A stretch of DNA of 64,000 nt. Origin: an uncultured Candidatus Rokubacteria bacterium. Its GTDB lineage: Bacteria > Methylomirabilota > Methylomirabilia > Rokubacteriales > CSP1-6. Below, one piece after another: positions 10,460-22,024 of the stretch. Under the pieces are notes generated by a model that was given only the letters and a program-made list of their open reading frames with translations, made no database searches and was not told where the DNA came from. Location: contig CAVYTA010000008.1 of the NCBI GenBank assembly GCA_963771355.1, positions 1 to 64,000 on the forward strand, in the 5' to 3' direction. The position numbers and the translations under genes were made by a program. Within the stretch, counting starts at the first letter, position 1. Each line of letters opens with the position of its first letter.

Positions 10460-11244
10460 CGACGGACGAAGGCAAGATGTCGTTCCTGGAGCACCTGGGC
10501 GAGCTGCGCACGCGTATCGTCTGGAGCCTGATCCCCACCGCCGTCGGCCTCATTGTCGCCTTCCGCTTCTCGGACCGTATCCTCCAGTTCATCCGGCGGC
10601 CGCTCGACCGCGCCAACGTGCAGCTGGTCTCGCTCACCCCCACCGAGGGCTTCTGGACCAGCATGAAGATTTCCATGGTGATGGGGGTGATTCTCGCCAT
10701 GCCGGTGATCCTCTGGCAGGTATGGGCCTTCATCGCCCCGGGCCTGCACAAGCACGAGCGGCGCTTTGCCGGCCCCTTCGTGATCATCGGCTCCGTGCTC
10801 TTCCTCCTCGGCGCCTCCTTCGCGCTCCTGGTGGTGATGCCGTTCGGCGTCGAGTTCCTGCTGAACTTCACCAAGGATCAGGGCATCCAGCCCATGATCT
10901 CGGTGTCGAGCCACGTGGACCTCGTCATCAAGTTCACGCTGGGCTTCGGCCTCGTCTTCGAGCTGCCGCTGGTGCTCACCATGCTCTCGCGCATGGGGAT
11001 CGTCACCCCCCAGTTCCTCTCCAAGAACCGGAAGTACGCCATTCTCGTCAATTTCATCATCGCCGCCATCCTCACGCCCACGCCCGACATCCTCAATCAG
11101 TCCTTGATGGCGGGGCCGCTCATCGTCCTCTACGAGGTCGGCATCCTCGCCGCGCGGATCTTCGGCAAGCGCTCGCCGAAGGCGGTGCCCGCCGCCGAGC
11201 CGGTCGAGTCCGAGCCCCCACCGCCCACCGAGGTCGCCCCGTGA
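10456..11244 (+). CDS. tatC: twin-arginine translocase subunit TatC
   Basis: MSFLEHLGELRTR, FIAPGL, FELP, ILTPTPD, LYE. Confidence 0.95.
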   Translation: MTTDEGKMSFLEHLGELRTRIVWSLIPTAVGLIVAFRFSDRILQFIRRPLDRANVQLVSLTPTEGFWTSMKISMVMGVILAMPVILWQVWAFIAPGLHKHERRFAGPFVIIGSVLFLLGASFALLVVMPFGVEFLLNFTKDQGIQPMISVSSHVDLVIKFTLGFGLVFELPLVLTMLSRMGIVTPQFLSKNRKYAILVNFIIAAILTPTPDILNQSLMAGPLIVLYEVGILAARIFGKRSPKAVPAAEPVESEPPPPTEVAP

Positions 11245-12596
11245 GCCCACTCGAGTTCACCTCCCTCGATCTCCCCGAGCCGGTCATGGAGGGCATCCGG
11301 GACGCCGGCTTCGTGGCCACCACCGCCATCCAGGAGGCGGCGCTGCCGCTGGCGCTGAAGGGCAAGGACGTGGCGGGCCAGTCGCAGACGGGAACCGGCA
11401 AGACCGCCGCCTTCCTCATCGCCGCCTTCACCCGCTGCCTGCGCACGCCCGCGCCGCCGCGGAGCGGGGTCACGTCGCCGCGCGTCCTCATCATCGCGCC
11501 CACCCGGGAGCTGGTGGTGCAGATCGAGGCCGACGCAAAGCTCCTGGGCGAGCACACCGGGCTCAGGATCCGCTCGGTGTACGGCGGCATCGACTACAAC
11601 AAGCAGCGCGAGGAGCTACGCGAGAGCTGCGACCTGCTGGTGGGCACGCCGGGCCGCCTCATCGACTATCTCAAGCAGCACGTGTGGTCGCCCGCCAAGG
11701 TCGAGGTGCTCGTCATCGACGAGGCGGACCGGATGTTCGACATGGGCTTCATCGCCGACCTCCGGTTCATCCTGCGCCGCCTGCCGAAGCCGGAGAAGCG
11801 GCAGTCGTTCCTCTTCTCGGCCACGCTGTCGTTCCGGGTGATGGAGCTGACCTGGGAGTTCATGAACAATCCCACCCAGATCACCATCACCCCGCAGCAG
11901 AAGACGGCCGAGAACGCCGAGCAGATGCTCTACCACGTGGGCCGCGAGGAGAAGTTCAACCTCCTCCTGGGCCTGCTGCGTCGCGAAGGCGGGAGCCGCA
12001 TCCTCATCTTCGCCAATACCCGCGAGGAGGCCCGGCGGCTCGAGGACCGGCTGGGCCGCAATGGCTGGGTGGCGCGCGCGCTCACCGGCGACGTGGATCA
12101 GAAGCGGCGGCTCAAGATCCTCAATGACTTCAAGGAGGGCGAGCTGCCCATCCTGGTCGCCACCGACGTGGCCTCGCGCGGGCTGCACATCGAGGGCGTG
12201 AGCCACGTGGTGAACTGGGACCTGCCGCAGGACGCCGAGGACTACGTCCACCGCATCGGCCGCACCGCGCGGGCGGGCGCGGCGGGCAAGGCGCTCAGCC
12301 TGGTGGACGAGGCGGGCGCGCTCAACCTCGAGCCCATCGAGAAGTTCATCAGCCAGAAGATCCCGGTGGAGTGGGCCGCGGACGATCTCTACCTGCCCGA
12401 GATCAAGCCCACCAGCGAGGAGCGCCGGCGCTACGCGGAGGAGAAGCGGCAGCGCATGGCCGCACGCGGCGGGCGCCCCGGTGGCGGCGGCGGCCGGGGC
12501 GGCCCCGGCGGCGGCGGCCGCGATGGGCGGCGGGGGAGCGGCGGGGGCGGCCGCCCGAGTAGCGGCCGCTCCGGCGGCGGGTCGCGCGGGCGCTAG
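11241..12596 (+). CDS. DEAD-box RNA helicase (RhlB/RhlE-like) with RGG-rich tail
   Basis: QTGTGKT, PTREL, DEAD, SAT, HRIGRTAR; GTG 11241 overlaps tatC stop. Confidence 0.93.
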   Translation: MSPLEFTSLDLPEPVMEGIRDAGFVATTAIQEAALPLALKGKDVAGQSQTGTGKTAAFLIAAFTRCLRTPAPPRSGVTSPRVLIIAPTRELVVQIEADAKLLGEHTGLRIRSVYGGIDYNKQREELRESCDLLVGTPGRLIDYLKQHVWSPAKVEVLVIDEADRMFDMGFIADLRFILRRLPKPEKRQSFLFSATLSFRVMELTWEFMNNPTQITITPQQKTAENAEQMLYHVGREEKFNLLLGLLRREGGSRILIFANTREEARRLEDRLGRNGWVARALTGDVDQKRRLKILNDFKEGELPILVATDVASRGLHIEGVSHVVNWDLPQDAEDYVHRIGRTARAGAAGKALSLVDEAGALNLEPIEKFISQKIPVEWAADDLYLPEIKPTSEERRRYAEEKRQRMAARGGRPGGGGGRGGPGGGGRDGRRGSGGGGRPSSGRSGGGSRGR

Positions 12597-12619
12597 TCGT
12601 CCGGCGCGCGCTCGGCGCG

Positions 12620-13305
12620 ATGCGCGCGATCGATCTCACGCTGCCGCCCCCGGAGCGCCGCTGGGCGGAGAGCCTCGCGGCTCCGTGGCGGGACCTCCTC
12701 TATAGCCCCGGCCCCGGCTTCCGCACCCCGCTCGAGCCCGGCCTCTTCCGCTCCACCGTCGTGATGCTGCCCGCCGGCGCGCCGGCGGTGCGCGTGACGT
12801 CGCTGGTGATTCCCGCCTTCAGCGGCGAGATCTGCCGGCTTCGCCTCGAGCCGCTGGCCGACCTCCCGCTGCCCATCTATGGCTCCTTCTTCGAGCCCAC
12901 GCGCAAGGGCCGCATCTGGCGCATGCCCAGCGATCCGCGTGAGCCCGCCGCGCGCGCGCCGGAAGAGCCGGACTGGAGCTACGACGGGCCGCCGCTCACG
13001 GCCGCGTTCAGCCGCATCACGCGCGTGCGGGTGCTGCGCGAGCACGCCAAGGGCGGAGCGGGCGACGGCGTCTTTGCCTGGACGGCGGATCGCGGGCTCG
13101 TCCTCACCGGGAACACCGGCGCCGAGAGCCTGCTGCTGGCGCTCCCGGATCGCGAGGAGCACGCGCTCTTCCTGCCCGCCATCGGTCCCTATCGTGTGCT
13201 GGTCGATCCGAGCGTGCCCGAGACGCCGGGAGCGGGCGTGCGCGAGCTCCTGGGCTATGGCGATCGGGAGAACCCGTTCGAGGTGACGGTGAGCCTGGAG
13301 GCGGT

Positions 13306-13309
<4 letters not shown>
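12620..13309 (+). CDS. hypothetical protein
   Basis: 229-aa ORF filling the gap between helicase and typA; no motif recognised. Confidence 0.6.
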
Positions 13310-15108
<1,799 letters not shown>

Positions 15109-15217
15109 GCCTCCCACTGTAGCATGGATATCCGCGATTGCCGCACTGCGGCAGACGCTAGGAAAGCCCGCACGGGGTGGGGCATAATGGCGCATCCCGA
15201 GACCCAGGAGGCCTGCC

Positions 15218-15826
15218 GTGCGATCAATTGCTCTTGCGCTGACGACGTGTGCCCTGCTGCTGGCCGCCGGCCTCGGCGGGATCGCTGACCCTGTGGCCGC
15301 CCAGGCGCCGAAGCCGGCCGAGCCGACCGCCCCCGCCGACAAGCCGGGGGCCAAATCCCCCGAGCCCAAGAAAGGATCCAAGCCCGTGAAGCAGAGTGCC
15401 GTGATCACCATGGAGAAGGGCGGGGACATCGTCATCGAGTTCTATCCCGCCGATGCGCCGAAGACGGTGGACAACTTCGTCAAGCTGGCGAAGAAGGGCT
15501 TCTACGACGGCGTCACCTTCCACCGCCGCGAGGAGGGTTTCGTCATCCAGGGCGGCGATCCCAAGGGTAACGGCACCGGCGGCCCCGGCTACACCATCCC
15601 GGCGGAGTTCAACAAGCAGAAGCACGTCCGCGGTGCGGTGGCGATGGCGCGGACCCAGGATCCCAACTCCGCGGGCAGCCAGTTCTACATCTGCCTCGCT
15701 CCCGCCAACTTCCTCGACGGCCAGTACACCGTCTTCGGCATCGTGACCAAGGGCATGGAGGTGGCGGACAAGGTCAAGGTCGGCGACAAGATGAAGACGG
15801 TCAAGATCGTGGAGGACGCGAAATAG
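15218..15826 (+). CDS. exported cyclophilin-type peptidyl-prolyl isomerase
   Basis: [29 protein letters not shown]; signal peptide. Confidence 0.92.
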   Translation: MRSIALALTTCALLLAAGLGGIADPVAAQAPKPAEPTAPADKPGAKSPEPKKGSKPVKQSAVITMEKGGDIVIEFYPADAPKTVDNFVKLAKKGFYDGVTFHRREEGFVIQGGDPKGNGTGGPGYTIPAEFNKQKHVRGAVAMARTQDPNSAGSQFYICLAPANFLDGQYTVFGIVTKGMEVADKVKVGDKMKTVKIVEDAK

Positions 15827-15828
15827 CC

Positions 15829-17424
15829 ATGGCCTGGTCGCTCCTGATCAAGAACGGCACCGTGCTGGACGGCAGCGGCGCGCCCGGGATCCCCGCCGAC
15901 GTGGCGTTGGAGGGCGACCGCATCGCCGCCGTCGGGCCGAATCTCGCCGGTGAGGCCACGCGTACCATCGACGCGCGGGGCCTCATGGTGACGCCGGGCT
16001 TCATCGACATCCACTCGCATTCGGACCTCGTCTATCACACGTGCCCATCGGCGGAGTCCAAGGTGCGCCAGGGCGTCACCACCGAGGTGGTGGGCATGTG
16101 CGGCTTCTCCCCCGCGCCCATCGCGCCCGGCCGCGCCGACATGGTGCGCGACTGGATCGGCGGCATCGGCGACAAGCCGCCCGCCACCTGGCAGACCTTC
16201 ACCGAGTACCTCGACCACGTGCGCGGGCTCGGCCTCTCCGTCAACGTGGTGCAGTTCGTCGGCCACGGCGCCCTCCGGCTCGCCACCGCGGGGGCGGAGA
16301 ACCGGCCGGTGACCCCCGACGAGCAGAAGCAGATGGAGCGCCACATCGACGACGCCATGGACGCGGGCGCCTTCGGCTACTCCACCGGGCTCGTCTACGC
16401 GCCCAGCGTGTTCTCCTCCACCGAGGAGCTGGTGGCGCTGGCCCGGAGCATGGCGAAGAAGAAGGGCCTTTACTTCTCCCATATCCGGGGCGAGGCGGGC
16501 ACGCTCGAGCCCGCGCTGGCGGAGGCCATTCGCATCGGCGAGGAGGCCGGCGTGCCGGTGCAGGTGGCCCACGTCAAGGCGTCCGGGCGCGAGAACTGGG
16601 GCAAGATGGACCGCGCGCTCCGCATGTTCGACGCCGCCCGCGCCCGCGGCGTGGACGTGACCGGGGACGTCTACCCGTATCCGGCCGGCAGCACCAAGAT
16701 GGACAGCCTGCTCCCCGGCTGGATGCAGGACGGCGGCATCGCCAAGCTCCTCGAGCGCCTGGCCGATCCCAAGGCGCGCGAGCGCGCCATCCGCGAGTGC
16801 CTGGTGGACGGCGAGCGCTGGGGCACCGCCTCCGGCGCCACCGGCTGGGACGAGATCATGGTGGCCACCTGCTCCCGGCCCGAGCTGGAGGGGCTGCACC
16901 TCGCGGAGGTGGCCCGGCGCGCCGGCCGCGAGCCCGCGCAGGCCATGATGGACCTCGTGCTGTCCGAGAAGGCCGGCGTGTCCATGGTGTCCTTCTCGCA
17001 GAGCGAGGAGAACGTGGCCACCGCCACCTCCTATGCCCACGCCATGATCGGCTCCGACTCCCTGTCGCTGCACGCGGGGCCGGGGCCGCATCGCGGCAAG
17101 CCTCACCCGCGGAGCTACGGGACGTTTCCGCGCGTGCTCGGTCGCTACGTGCGCGAGCGGCGGCTCTTTCCCTGGGAGACCGCCATCCACAAGATGACCG
17201 GCATGCCCGCGGCCAAGCTCCGGCTCAAGGAGCGGGGGCTCGTGCGCCAGGGCTATGCCGCCGACCTCGCGGTCTTCGATCCCGCCACCGTGCAGGACGA
17301 GGCCACCTTCACCGACCCGCACCAGCATCCCACCGGCATGCCGTACGTGATCGTCAACGGCCGGGTGGTGGTGGACGGGCCGCGCTTCAACGCGGTGCCG
17401 GCCGGCCGCGTGCTCACGCCCTAG
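15829..17424 (+). CDS. N-acyl-D-amino-acid deacylase (D-aminoacylase family)
   Basis: PGFIDIHSHSD, QGVTTEVVGMCG, HPRSYGTFPRVLG. Confidence 0.9.
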   Translation: MAWSLLIKNGTVLDGSGAPGIPADVALEGDRIAAVGPNLAGEATRTIDARGLMVTPGFIDIHSHSDLVYHTCPSAESKVRQGVTTEVVGMCGFSPAPIAPGRADMVRDWIGGIGDKPPATWQTFTEYLDHVRGLGLSVNVVQFVGHGALRLATAGAENRPVTPDEQKQMERHIDDAMDAGAFGYSTGLVYAPSVFSSTEELVALARSMAKKKGLYFSHIRGEAGTLEPALAEAIRIGEEAGVPVQVAHVKASGRENWGKMDRALRMFDAARARGVDVTGDVYPYPAGSTKMDSLLPGWMQDGGIAKLLERLADPKARERAIRECLVDGERWGTASGATGWDEIMVATCSRPELEGLHLAEVARRAGREPAQAMMDLVLSEKAGVSMVSFSQSEENVATATSYAHAMIGSDSLSLHAGPGPHRGKPHPRSYGTFPRVLGRYVRERRLFPWETAIHKMTGMPAAKLRLKERGLVRQGYAADLAVFDPATVQDEATFTDPHQHPTGMPYVIVNGRVVVDGPRFNAVPAGRVLTP

Positions 17425-17426
17425 CG

Positions 17427-17798
17427 GTGGTCCGCCGGGCCGCGCGCGCGTCCGCCGCCAGGGCGCCCGTCCCGAAGGTCAAGATCTGGGTGGTCTTCGG
17501 CGGCCGGGTGAAGTTCGGCGATGGGCGCGCGGATCTCCTCGAGCGCGTCGAGCGCCTCGGGTCCTTCAAGAAGGCGGTGGGGGAGATGGGCATGTCCTAT
17601 CGAGCGGCCTGGGGCTACTTCCGGGAGCTCGAGCGCGCCGCCGGCATCCAGTTCCTCGAGCGGCATCCGGGCGGAGGCCCCGCCGGCGGCAGCCGTCTCA
17701 CCCTTGAAGGCAAGCGCTTCCTCACCCGGTACCGGCGCTTCCGCCGGGGTCTCGACGCCCGCGTCGCCGCCCACTTCGCGCGCTCCTTCGAGGCGTGA
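17427..17798 (+). CDS. ModE N-terminal-type winged-helix regulator lacking TOBE domains
   Basis: FGDGRADLLERVERLGSFKKAVGEMGMSYRAAW...GGGPAGGSRLT at the 3' end of track ORF 16041..17798; start uncertain. Confidence 0.82.
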   Translation: MVRRAARASAARAPVPKVKIWVVFGGRVKFGDGRADLLERVERLGSFKKAVGEMGMSYRAAWGYFRELERAAGIQFLERHPGGGPAGGSRLTLEGKRFLTRYRRFRRGLDARVAAHFARSFEA

Positions 17799-18127
17799 GC
17801 GAGCCCACCTATCTCTACCTGACCACGCGCGGCCGGAGCACCGGCCTCCCGCGCGAGATCGAGATCTGGTTCACCCGGTTCGAGGGGCGCTTCTACGTCA
17901 TCGCCGAGCACAGCGAGCGGGCCCGGTGGGTGCAGAACCTCCGGGCCGACCCGCGCGCGGGCGTGCGCGTCGGCCAGCGGCGCTTTCGCGCGCGGGCCCG
18001 CATGGTCGACGCGCGGAAGGAGCCCGGCCTCGCGCGAGAGATCCGGGCGCGCTCCACCAGGAAATACGGCTGGGGCGACGGCCTCATCGTGGAGCTGGCG
18101 TCTGCCCCCCGCCCTCGCCGCGATTGA
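17795..18127 (+). CDS. nitroreductase-family deazaflavin (F420)-dependent oxidoreductase-like protein
   Basis: LTTRGRSTGLPREIEIWF...WVQNLRADP split-barrel signature. Confidence 0.8.
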   Translation: MSEPTYLYLTTRGRSTGLPREIEIWFTRFEGRFYVIAEHSERARWVQNLRADPRAGVRVGQRRFRARARMVDARKEPGLAREIRARSTRKYGWGDGLIVELASAPRPRRD

Positions 18128-18164
18128 CTCGGCCATAGGAGGCATATATGCTTTGCCTCACATA
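18124..18164 (+). promoter_or_regulatory. sigma70-like promoter overlapped by candidate ModE-type operator
   Basis: TTGACT(18124)-N17-TATGCT(18147); TATG-N10-CATA (18147-18164). Confidence 0.5.
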
Positions 18165-18506
18165 ATGCGGCGGATCCGGAGCCTCGTGCGACTCGTCGCG
18201 TTCTTGGCGCTGGGCGCCGCCCCCGCGCTCGCGCAATCAACGGGCCCCGAGGACCTGCGCGCCCTGCCCGCTGAGCGGCAGGTCACCGCGGTCGCGTACT
18301 GCGCGGGGCTCTACCGCGTGCGCCTCGCCGACGGGGTGGAGCGGGAGTTCAAGGAGTACGACCTGAGCTTCAAGACGGACACGACAGCACTGGGCCCCCC
18401 GGCGGGCAAGCCGGCGCTGGTCCCCGCCGGGCGGCTGGGCGACCGCGCCATCGTGGTCTTCGGCCGGCTGGAGGAAATGCGGACGCTGGTGATACCCCGA
18501 TGCTAG
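18153..18506 (+). CDS. small exported hypothetical protein with two Cys
   Basis: Signal peptide ending ALA-Q; YC...FKTD...GP...GRLGDRA...C; start may be ATG 18165. Confidence 0.65.
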   Translation: MPHIMRRIRSLVRLVAFLALGAAPALAQSTGPEDLRALPAERQVTAVAYCAGLYRVRLADGVEREFKEYDLSFKTDTTALGPPAGKPALVPAGRLGDRAIVVFGRLEEMRTLVIPRC

Positions 18507-18538
18507 ATGCCCATGCGAGACGAAAGCGAGGCGCACTG

Positions 18539-19384
18539 ATGCGGCGACGGATCTTCGTGGTGACGGGACTCCTGCTGGCAATGGGTGCGCTGGCGGCGAT
18601 CCAGGCGCCCGTGACGGCGCAGTCCAGCACCGTCATTCTCTCCACTACCACCAGCACCCAGGATTCCGGCCTGCTGGACGTGCTGGTGCCGATGTTCGAG
18701 AAGCAGAGCGGGCTCACCGTGAAGACGATCTCGGTGGGCACCGGTCAGGCCCTGGCGCTGGCCGCGCGCGGAGAGGCGGACGTCACGCTCGCCCACGCGC
18801 CCGCGCTGGAAAAGAAGTACGTCGAGGAGGGCAAGCTGCGAAACCGCCGCCTCGTCATGTACAACGACTTCGTCATCATCGGCCCCGAGGACGACCCCGC
18901 GAAGATCAAGGGAATGCCGAAGGCGGGGGAGGCACTGAAGAAGATCGCCGCCGCGGGCTCCCGCTTCGTCTCCCGCGGTGACAAGTCCGGCACCCATGTG
19001 CTGGAGCAGGGGCTCTGGAAGGAGGCGGGAATCACGCCCGCCGCGCCCTGGTACATCGAGTCGGGGCAGGGAATGGGTGCCACCCTCGGGATCGCCAACG
19101 ACCGGCGCGCCTATACCATCACGGACCGTGGCACCTACCTGGCCTTCCAGAAGCGCGTCTCGCTGCCCGTCCTGGTGGAGAAGGACCGTCCGCTCCTGAA
19201 CATCTACTCGGTGATGGAGGTGAATCCGGCCAACGGGCCGCGGGTCAACGCGGCGGGCGGCAAGGCCTTCGCGGACTTCATGCTTGTCCCCGAGGTGCAG
19301 GCGGTGATCCGGACCTTCGGCGTGGACAAGTACGGGCAGGCGCTCTTCGTCCCCATCGCGGGGAAGAAGGACGAGGACTTCTAG
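18539..19384 (+). CDS. tupA: tungstate ABC transporter substrate-binding protein
   Basis: STTTSTQDSGLL (TTTS motif), VGTGQAL, SRGDKSGTH, GQGMG. Confidence 0.9.
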   Translation: MRRRIFVVTGLLLAMGALAAIQAPVTAQSSTVILSTTTSTQDSGLLDVLVPMFEKQSGLTVKTISVGTGQALALAARGEADVTLAHAPALEKKYVEEGKLRNRRLVMYNDFVIIGPEDDPAKIKGMPKAGEALKKIAAAGSRFVSRGDKSGTHVLEQGLWKEAGITPAAPWYIESGQGMGATLGIANDRRAYTITDRGTYLAFQKRVSLPVLVEKDRPLLNIYSVMEVNPANGPRVNAAGGKAFADFMLVPEVQAVIRTFGVDKYGQALFVPIAGKKDEDF

Positions 19385-19408
19385 CTCCGTCTCGTCGGCG
19401 CCGGTCCC

Positions 19409-20104
19409 ATGGAGCTGATCCTTGACGGCGTTCTCGAGGCCTTCCGGCTCCTCCTCACGGGGGACCCGGAGGTCTGGCGCATCACCATGCTCTCCCTCCA
19501 GATCTCGGCCACCGCCACGTTCCTGGCGCTCGGCGTCGGCGTTCCTGCCGGCACCCTCCTCGCGCTCACGCGGTTCCCCGGCCGCAGCCTCGCGATCAGC
19601 CTCGTCAATACCGGCATGGGGCTGCCGCCGGTCGTGGTCGGGCTCTTCGTCACCATCCTCCTCTGGCGCAACGGGCTGCTCGGCGCGCTGGAGCTCCTCT
19701 ACACGCCGTCCGCCATGGTGCTGGCCCAGCTGGTGATCGCCGCTCCCATCGTGACGGGGCTCACGCTGGCCGCCGTCCAGCAGATACCCGAGCGCTTCCG
19801 CCTCCAGCTCCTGGCCCTGGGCGCGTCGCGCGCGCAGATGACCTGGGTGCTGATCAAGGAGGCGCGGCTGCCCATGCTGGCCGCGCTCATGGCGGGCTTC
19901 GGCGGCGTCATCTCCGAGGTGGGCGCCTCCATGATGGTGGGCGGCAATATCAAGGGCTCCACGCGCGTCCTCACCACCGCCACCGTGCTCGAGACGGGCA
20001 AGGGCAATTTCGACATCGCCATCGCGCTCTCGGTGATCCTGCTCGCCATCACCTTCCTGGTGAACTGGGCGCTGACCTGGATCCAGCAGCGCCGGCGGGT
20101 CTGA
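19409..20104 (+). CDS. tupB: tungstate ABC transporter permease
   Basis: MGLPPVVVGL, SEVGASMMVGGNIKGSTRVLTTA. Confidence 0.88.
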   Translation: MELILDGVLEAFRLLLTGDPEVWRITMLSLQISATATFLALGVGVPAGTLLALTRFPGRSLAISLVNTGMGLPPVVVGLFVTILLWRNGLLGALELLYTPSAMVLAQLVIAAPIVTGLTLAAVQQIPERFRLQLLALGASRAQMTWVLIKEARLPMLAALMAGFGGVISEVGASMMVGGNIKGSTRVLTTATVLETGKGNFDIAIALSVILLAITFLVNWALTWIQQRRRV

Positions 20105-20152
20105 CGCGTCGGGTATACTGTCCGCACACGCCGCACTCACGAGGAGCACGCC

Positions 20153-20920
20153 ATGGTTCGCTTCTTCCTCGCCGCTCTTCTCGTGCTCGGCCTCGCGCCG
20201 GCCGCGGCGGCCCAGGAGCTCACGCTGTCGGTCGCGATCAGCATGAGGGAGGTCATCCAGGAGCTGGGCCGCACCTTCAAAGCGGCGCGCCCCGGCGTGG
20301 TCCTCCATTACAACTTCGGCGCCTCGGGCGATCTCCAGAAGCAGATCGAGGCGGGCGCGCCGGTGGATCTCTTCGTCTCGGCCGCCCAGCGGCAGATGGA
20401 CGAGCTCGAGAGCCAAGGCCTCATCGTGGCGTCCACCCGCCGTGCCTTCGCCCGCAACGTCCTCACCGTGATCAAGCCGGCAGACTCGCGGGTGGACATC
20501 GCGAAGGCCATGGATCTGGCGGAGCCGCGGGTGGGGCGAATCGTGATCGGCAATCCCAGGACGGTGCCGGTGGGGCAGTACGCCGAGGAAAGCCTGCGCG
20601 CGCAGGGTCTCTGGGAGCGCGTCCGGCCCAAGCTCGTCTTTGCCGAGAATGTCCGGCAAGCCCTCGAGTACGTCGCGCGCGGCGAGGTGGAAGCGGGCTT
20701 CGTCTACACCACCGACGCCGCCACGCAGAAGTCCGCCGTGAAGGAGGCCTTTCGCCCCCCCGAGGACACCTATCGCCCGGTGACCTATCCGGCGGCGGTG
20801 GTGGCCGCCTCGAAGCAGGCCGCGCTCGCTCGAGCGTTCCTCGAGCTCCTGACGAGCCAGGAAGGGCAGGCGGTGCTCGCCCGCCTCGGATTCCAGCCAG
20901 CTCCCGTCGGGGCACGCTGA
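20153..20920 (+). CDS. modA: molybdate ABC transporter substrate-binding protein
   Basis: NFGASGDLQKQIEAGAPVDLFVSA, VPVGQYA, GFVYTTD. Confidence 0.93.
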   Translation: MVRFFLAALLVLGLAPAAAAQELTLSVAISMREVIQELGRTFKAARPGVVLHYNFGASGDLQKQIEAGAPVDLFVSAAQRQMDELESQGLIVASTRRAFARNVLTVIKPADSRVDIAKAMDLAEPRVGRIVIGNPRTVPVGQYAEESLRAQGLWERVRPKLVFAENVRQALEYVARGEVEAGFVYTTDAATQKSAVKEAFRPPEDTYRPVTYPAAVVAASKQAALARAFLELLTSQEGQAVLARLGFQPAPVGAR

Positions 20921-20969
20921 TCTCGGCTACGTTCTCTATTCGCCCGCTCGCCCGCGAGGAGGCATCACG

Positions 20970-21179
20970 ATGAGGATCAGCGCGCGCAACGTGCTCCCCG
21001 GCAAGATCGAGACGGTGTCCCGCGGCGCTACCACCGCCCACGTGAAGATCGATCTCGGCGGGGGCAAGGTCGTCACCGCCTCCATCACCAACGAGGCCGT
21101 GGCCGACCTGCGGCTCAAGAAGGGCGACCGGGTGTACGCGGTGATCAAGGCCTCCGACGTCATGGTCGGAAAGGACTGA
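20970..21179 (+). CDS. molbindin (Mop/TOBE) molybdate-binding protein
   Basis: MRISARN...SITNEAVADLRL...AVIKASDV. Confidence 0.93.
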   Translation: MRISARNVLPGKIETVSRGATTAHVKIDLGGGKVVTASITNEAVADLRLKKGDRVYAVIKASDVMVGKD

Positions 21180-21346
21180 AGCCCGACCTCGCGGTGGCCC
21201 GGGCGGGCGCCGGCCTGCTTGTGGGCACGTCCGCCTGCTGAGTCGGGGCCGGCTCGCCCGCCTGGGACCGCAGGCGGACCTCGGTCGAGCGGTGGCATAC
21301 TGGTGACGCGCATGCGACGCCCTCGATCGGATCATCGCGGAGATCC

Positions 21347-22024
21347 ATGAGCGCCGAGGCCGCCTCCGCGCTCTGGCTGTCCGTCAAGGTTGCGACCGCG
21401 GCCACCGTGCTCAATGCGCTTCTCGGGATCCCGCTCGCGTATCTCCTGGCCCGCCGGCGCTTCTGGGGCCGGGGGCTGGTGGACCTCCTGGTCACCCTCC
21501 CCCTCATCCTTCCGCCCACCGTGACGGGCTACTACCTGATCGTGCTGCTGGGGCGCCGGGGGTTCCTGGGCGCGCCCCTCTTCGCCACCACGGGATGGAG
21601 CATCACCTTCACCTGGTACGCGGCGGTGGTGGCCGCCACGGTGATGGCGCTGCCGCTCCTGGTGCGCACCGCGCGCGCCGCCATCGAGTCGGTGGATCAC
21701 GACCTCGAGCGCGCCGCGTATACGCTGGGCCGGTCGGAGTGGCGGACCGCGCTGGAGGTGACGCTGCCCTTGGCGCGAAACGGGCTCATCGCGGGCCTCG
21801 TCCTGGCCTTCGCGCGCGCGCTGGGCGAGTTCGGCGCCACCTTGATGCTCGCTGGCAATATTCCCGGCAAGACGGCGACGGTGCCGCTCGCCATCTACAC
21901 GGCGGTGCAGACGGGAGAGACGGGCGAGGCGCTGGCGCTGGTGGGCCTGCTGACCCTGCTCTCCTGCGCGGTGCTCCTGGTGGCGGGCCGGCTCGGGCCC
22001 GCCCGGCTCGGCGGTGCCGCATGA
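21347..22024 (+). CDS. modB: molybdate ABC transporter permease
   Basis: LPLILPPTVTGY, FARALGEFGATLMLAGNIPGKT. Confidence 0.93.
   Translation: MSAEAASALWLSVKVATAATVLNALLGIPLAYLLARRRFWGRGLVDLLVTLPLILPPTVTGYYLIVLLGRRGFLGAPLFATTGWSITFTWYAAVVAATVMALPLLVRTARAAIESVDHDLERAAYTLGRSEWRTALEVTLPLARNGLIAGLVLAFARALGEFGATLMLAGNIPGKTATVPLAIYTAVQTGETGEALALVGLLTLLSCAVLLVAGRLGPARLGGAA

Noticed and set aside
12460..12596. GGC-rich tract as a DNA repeat element
   Set aside because: It encodes the Gly/Arg-rich tail common in DEAD-box helicases
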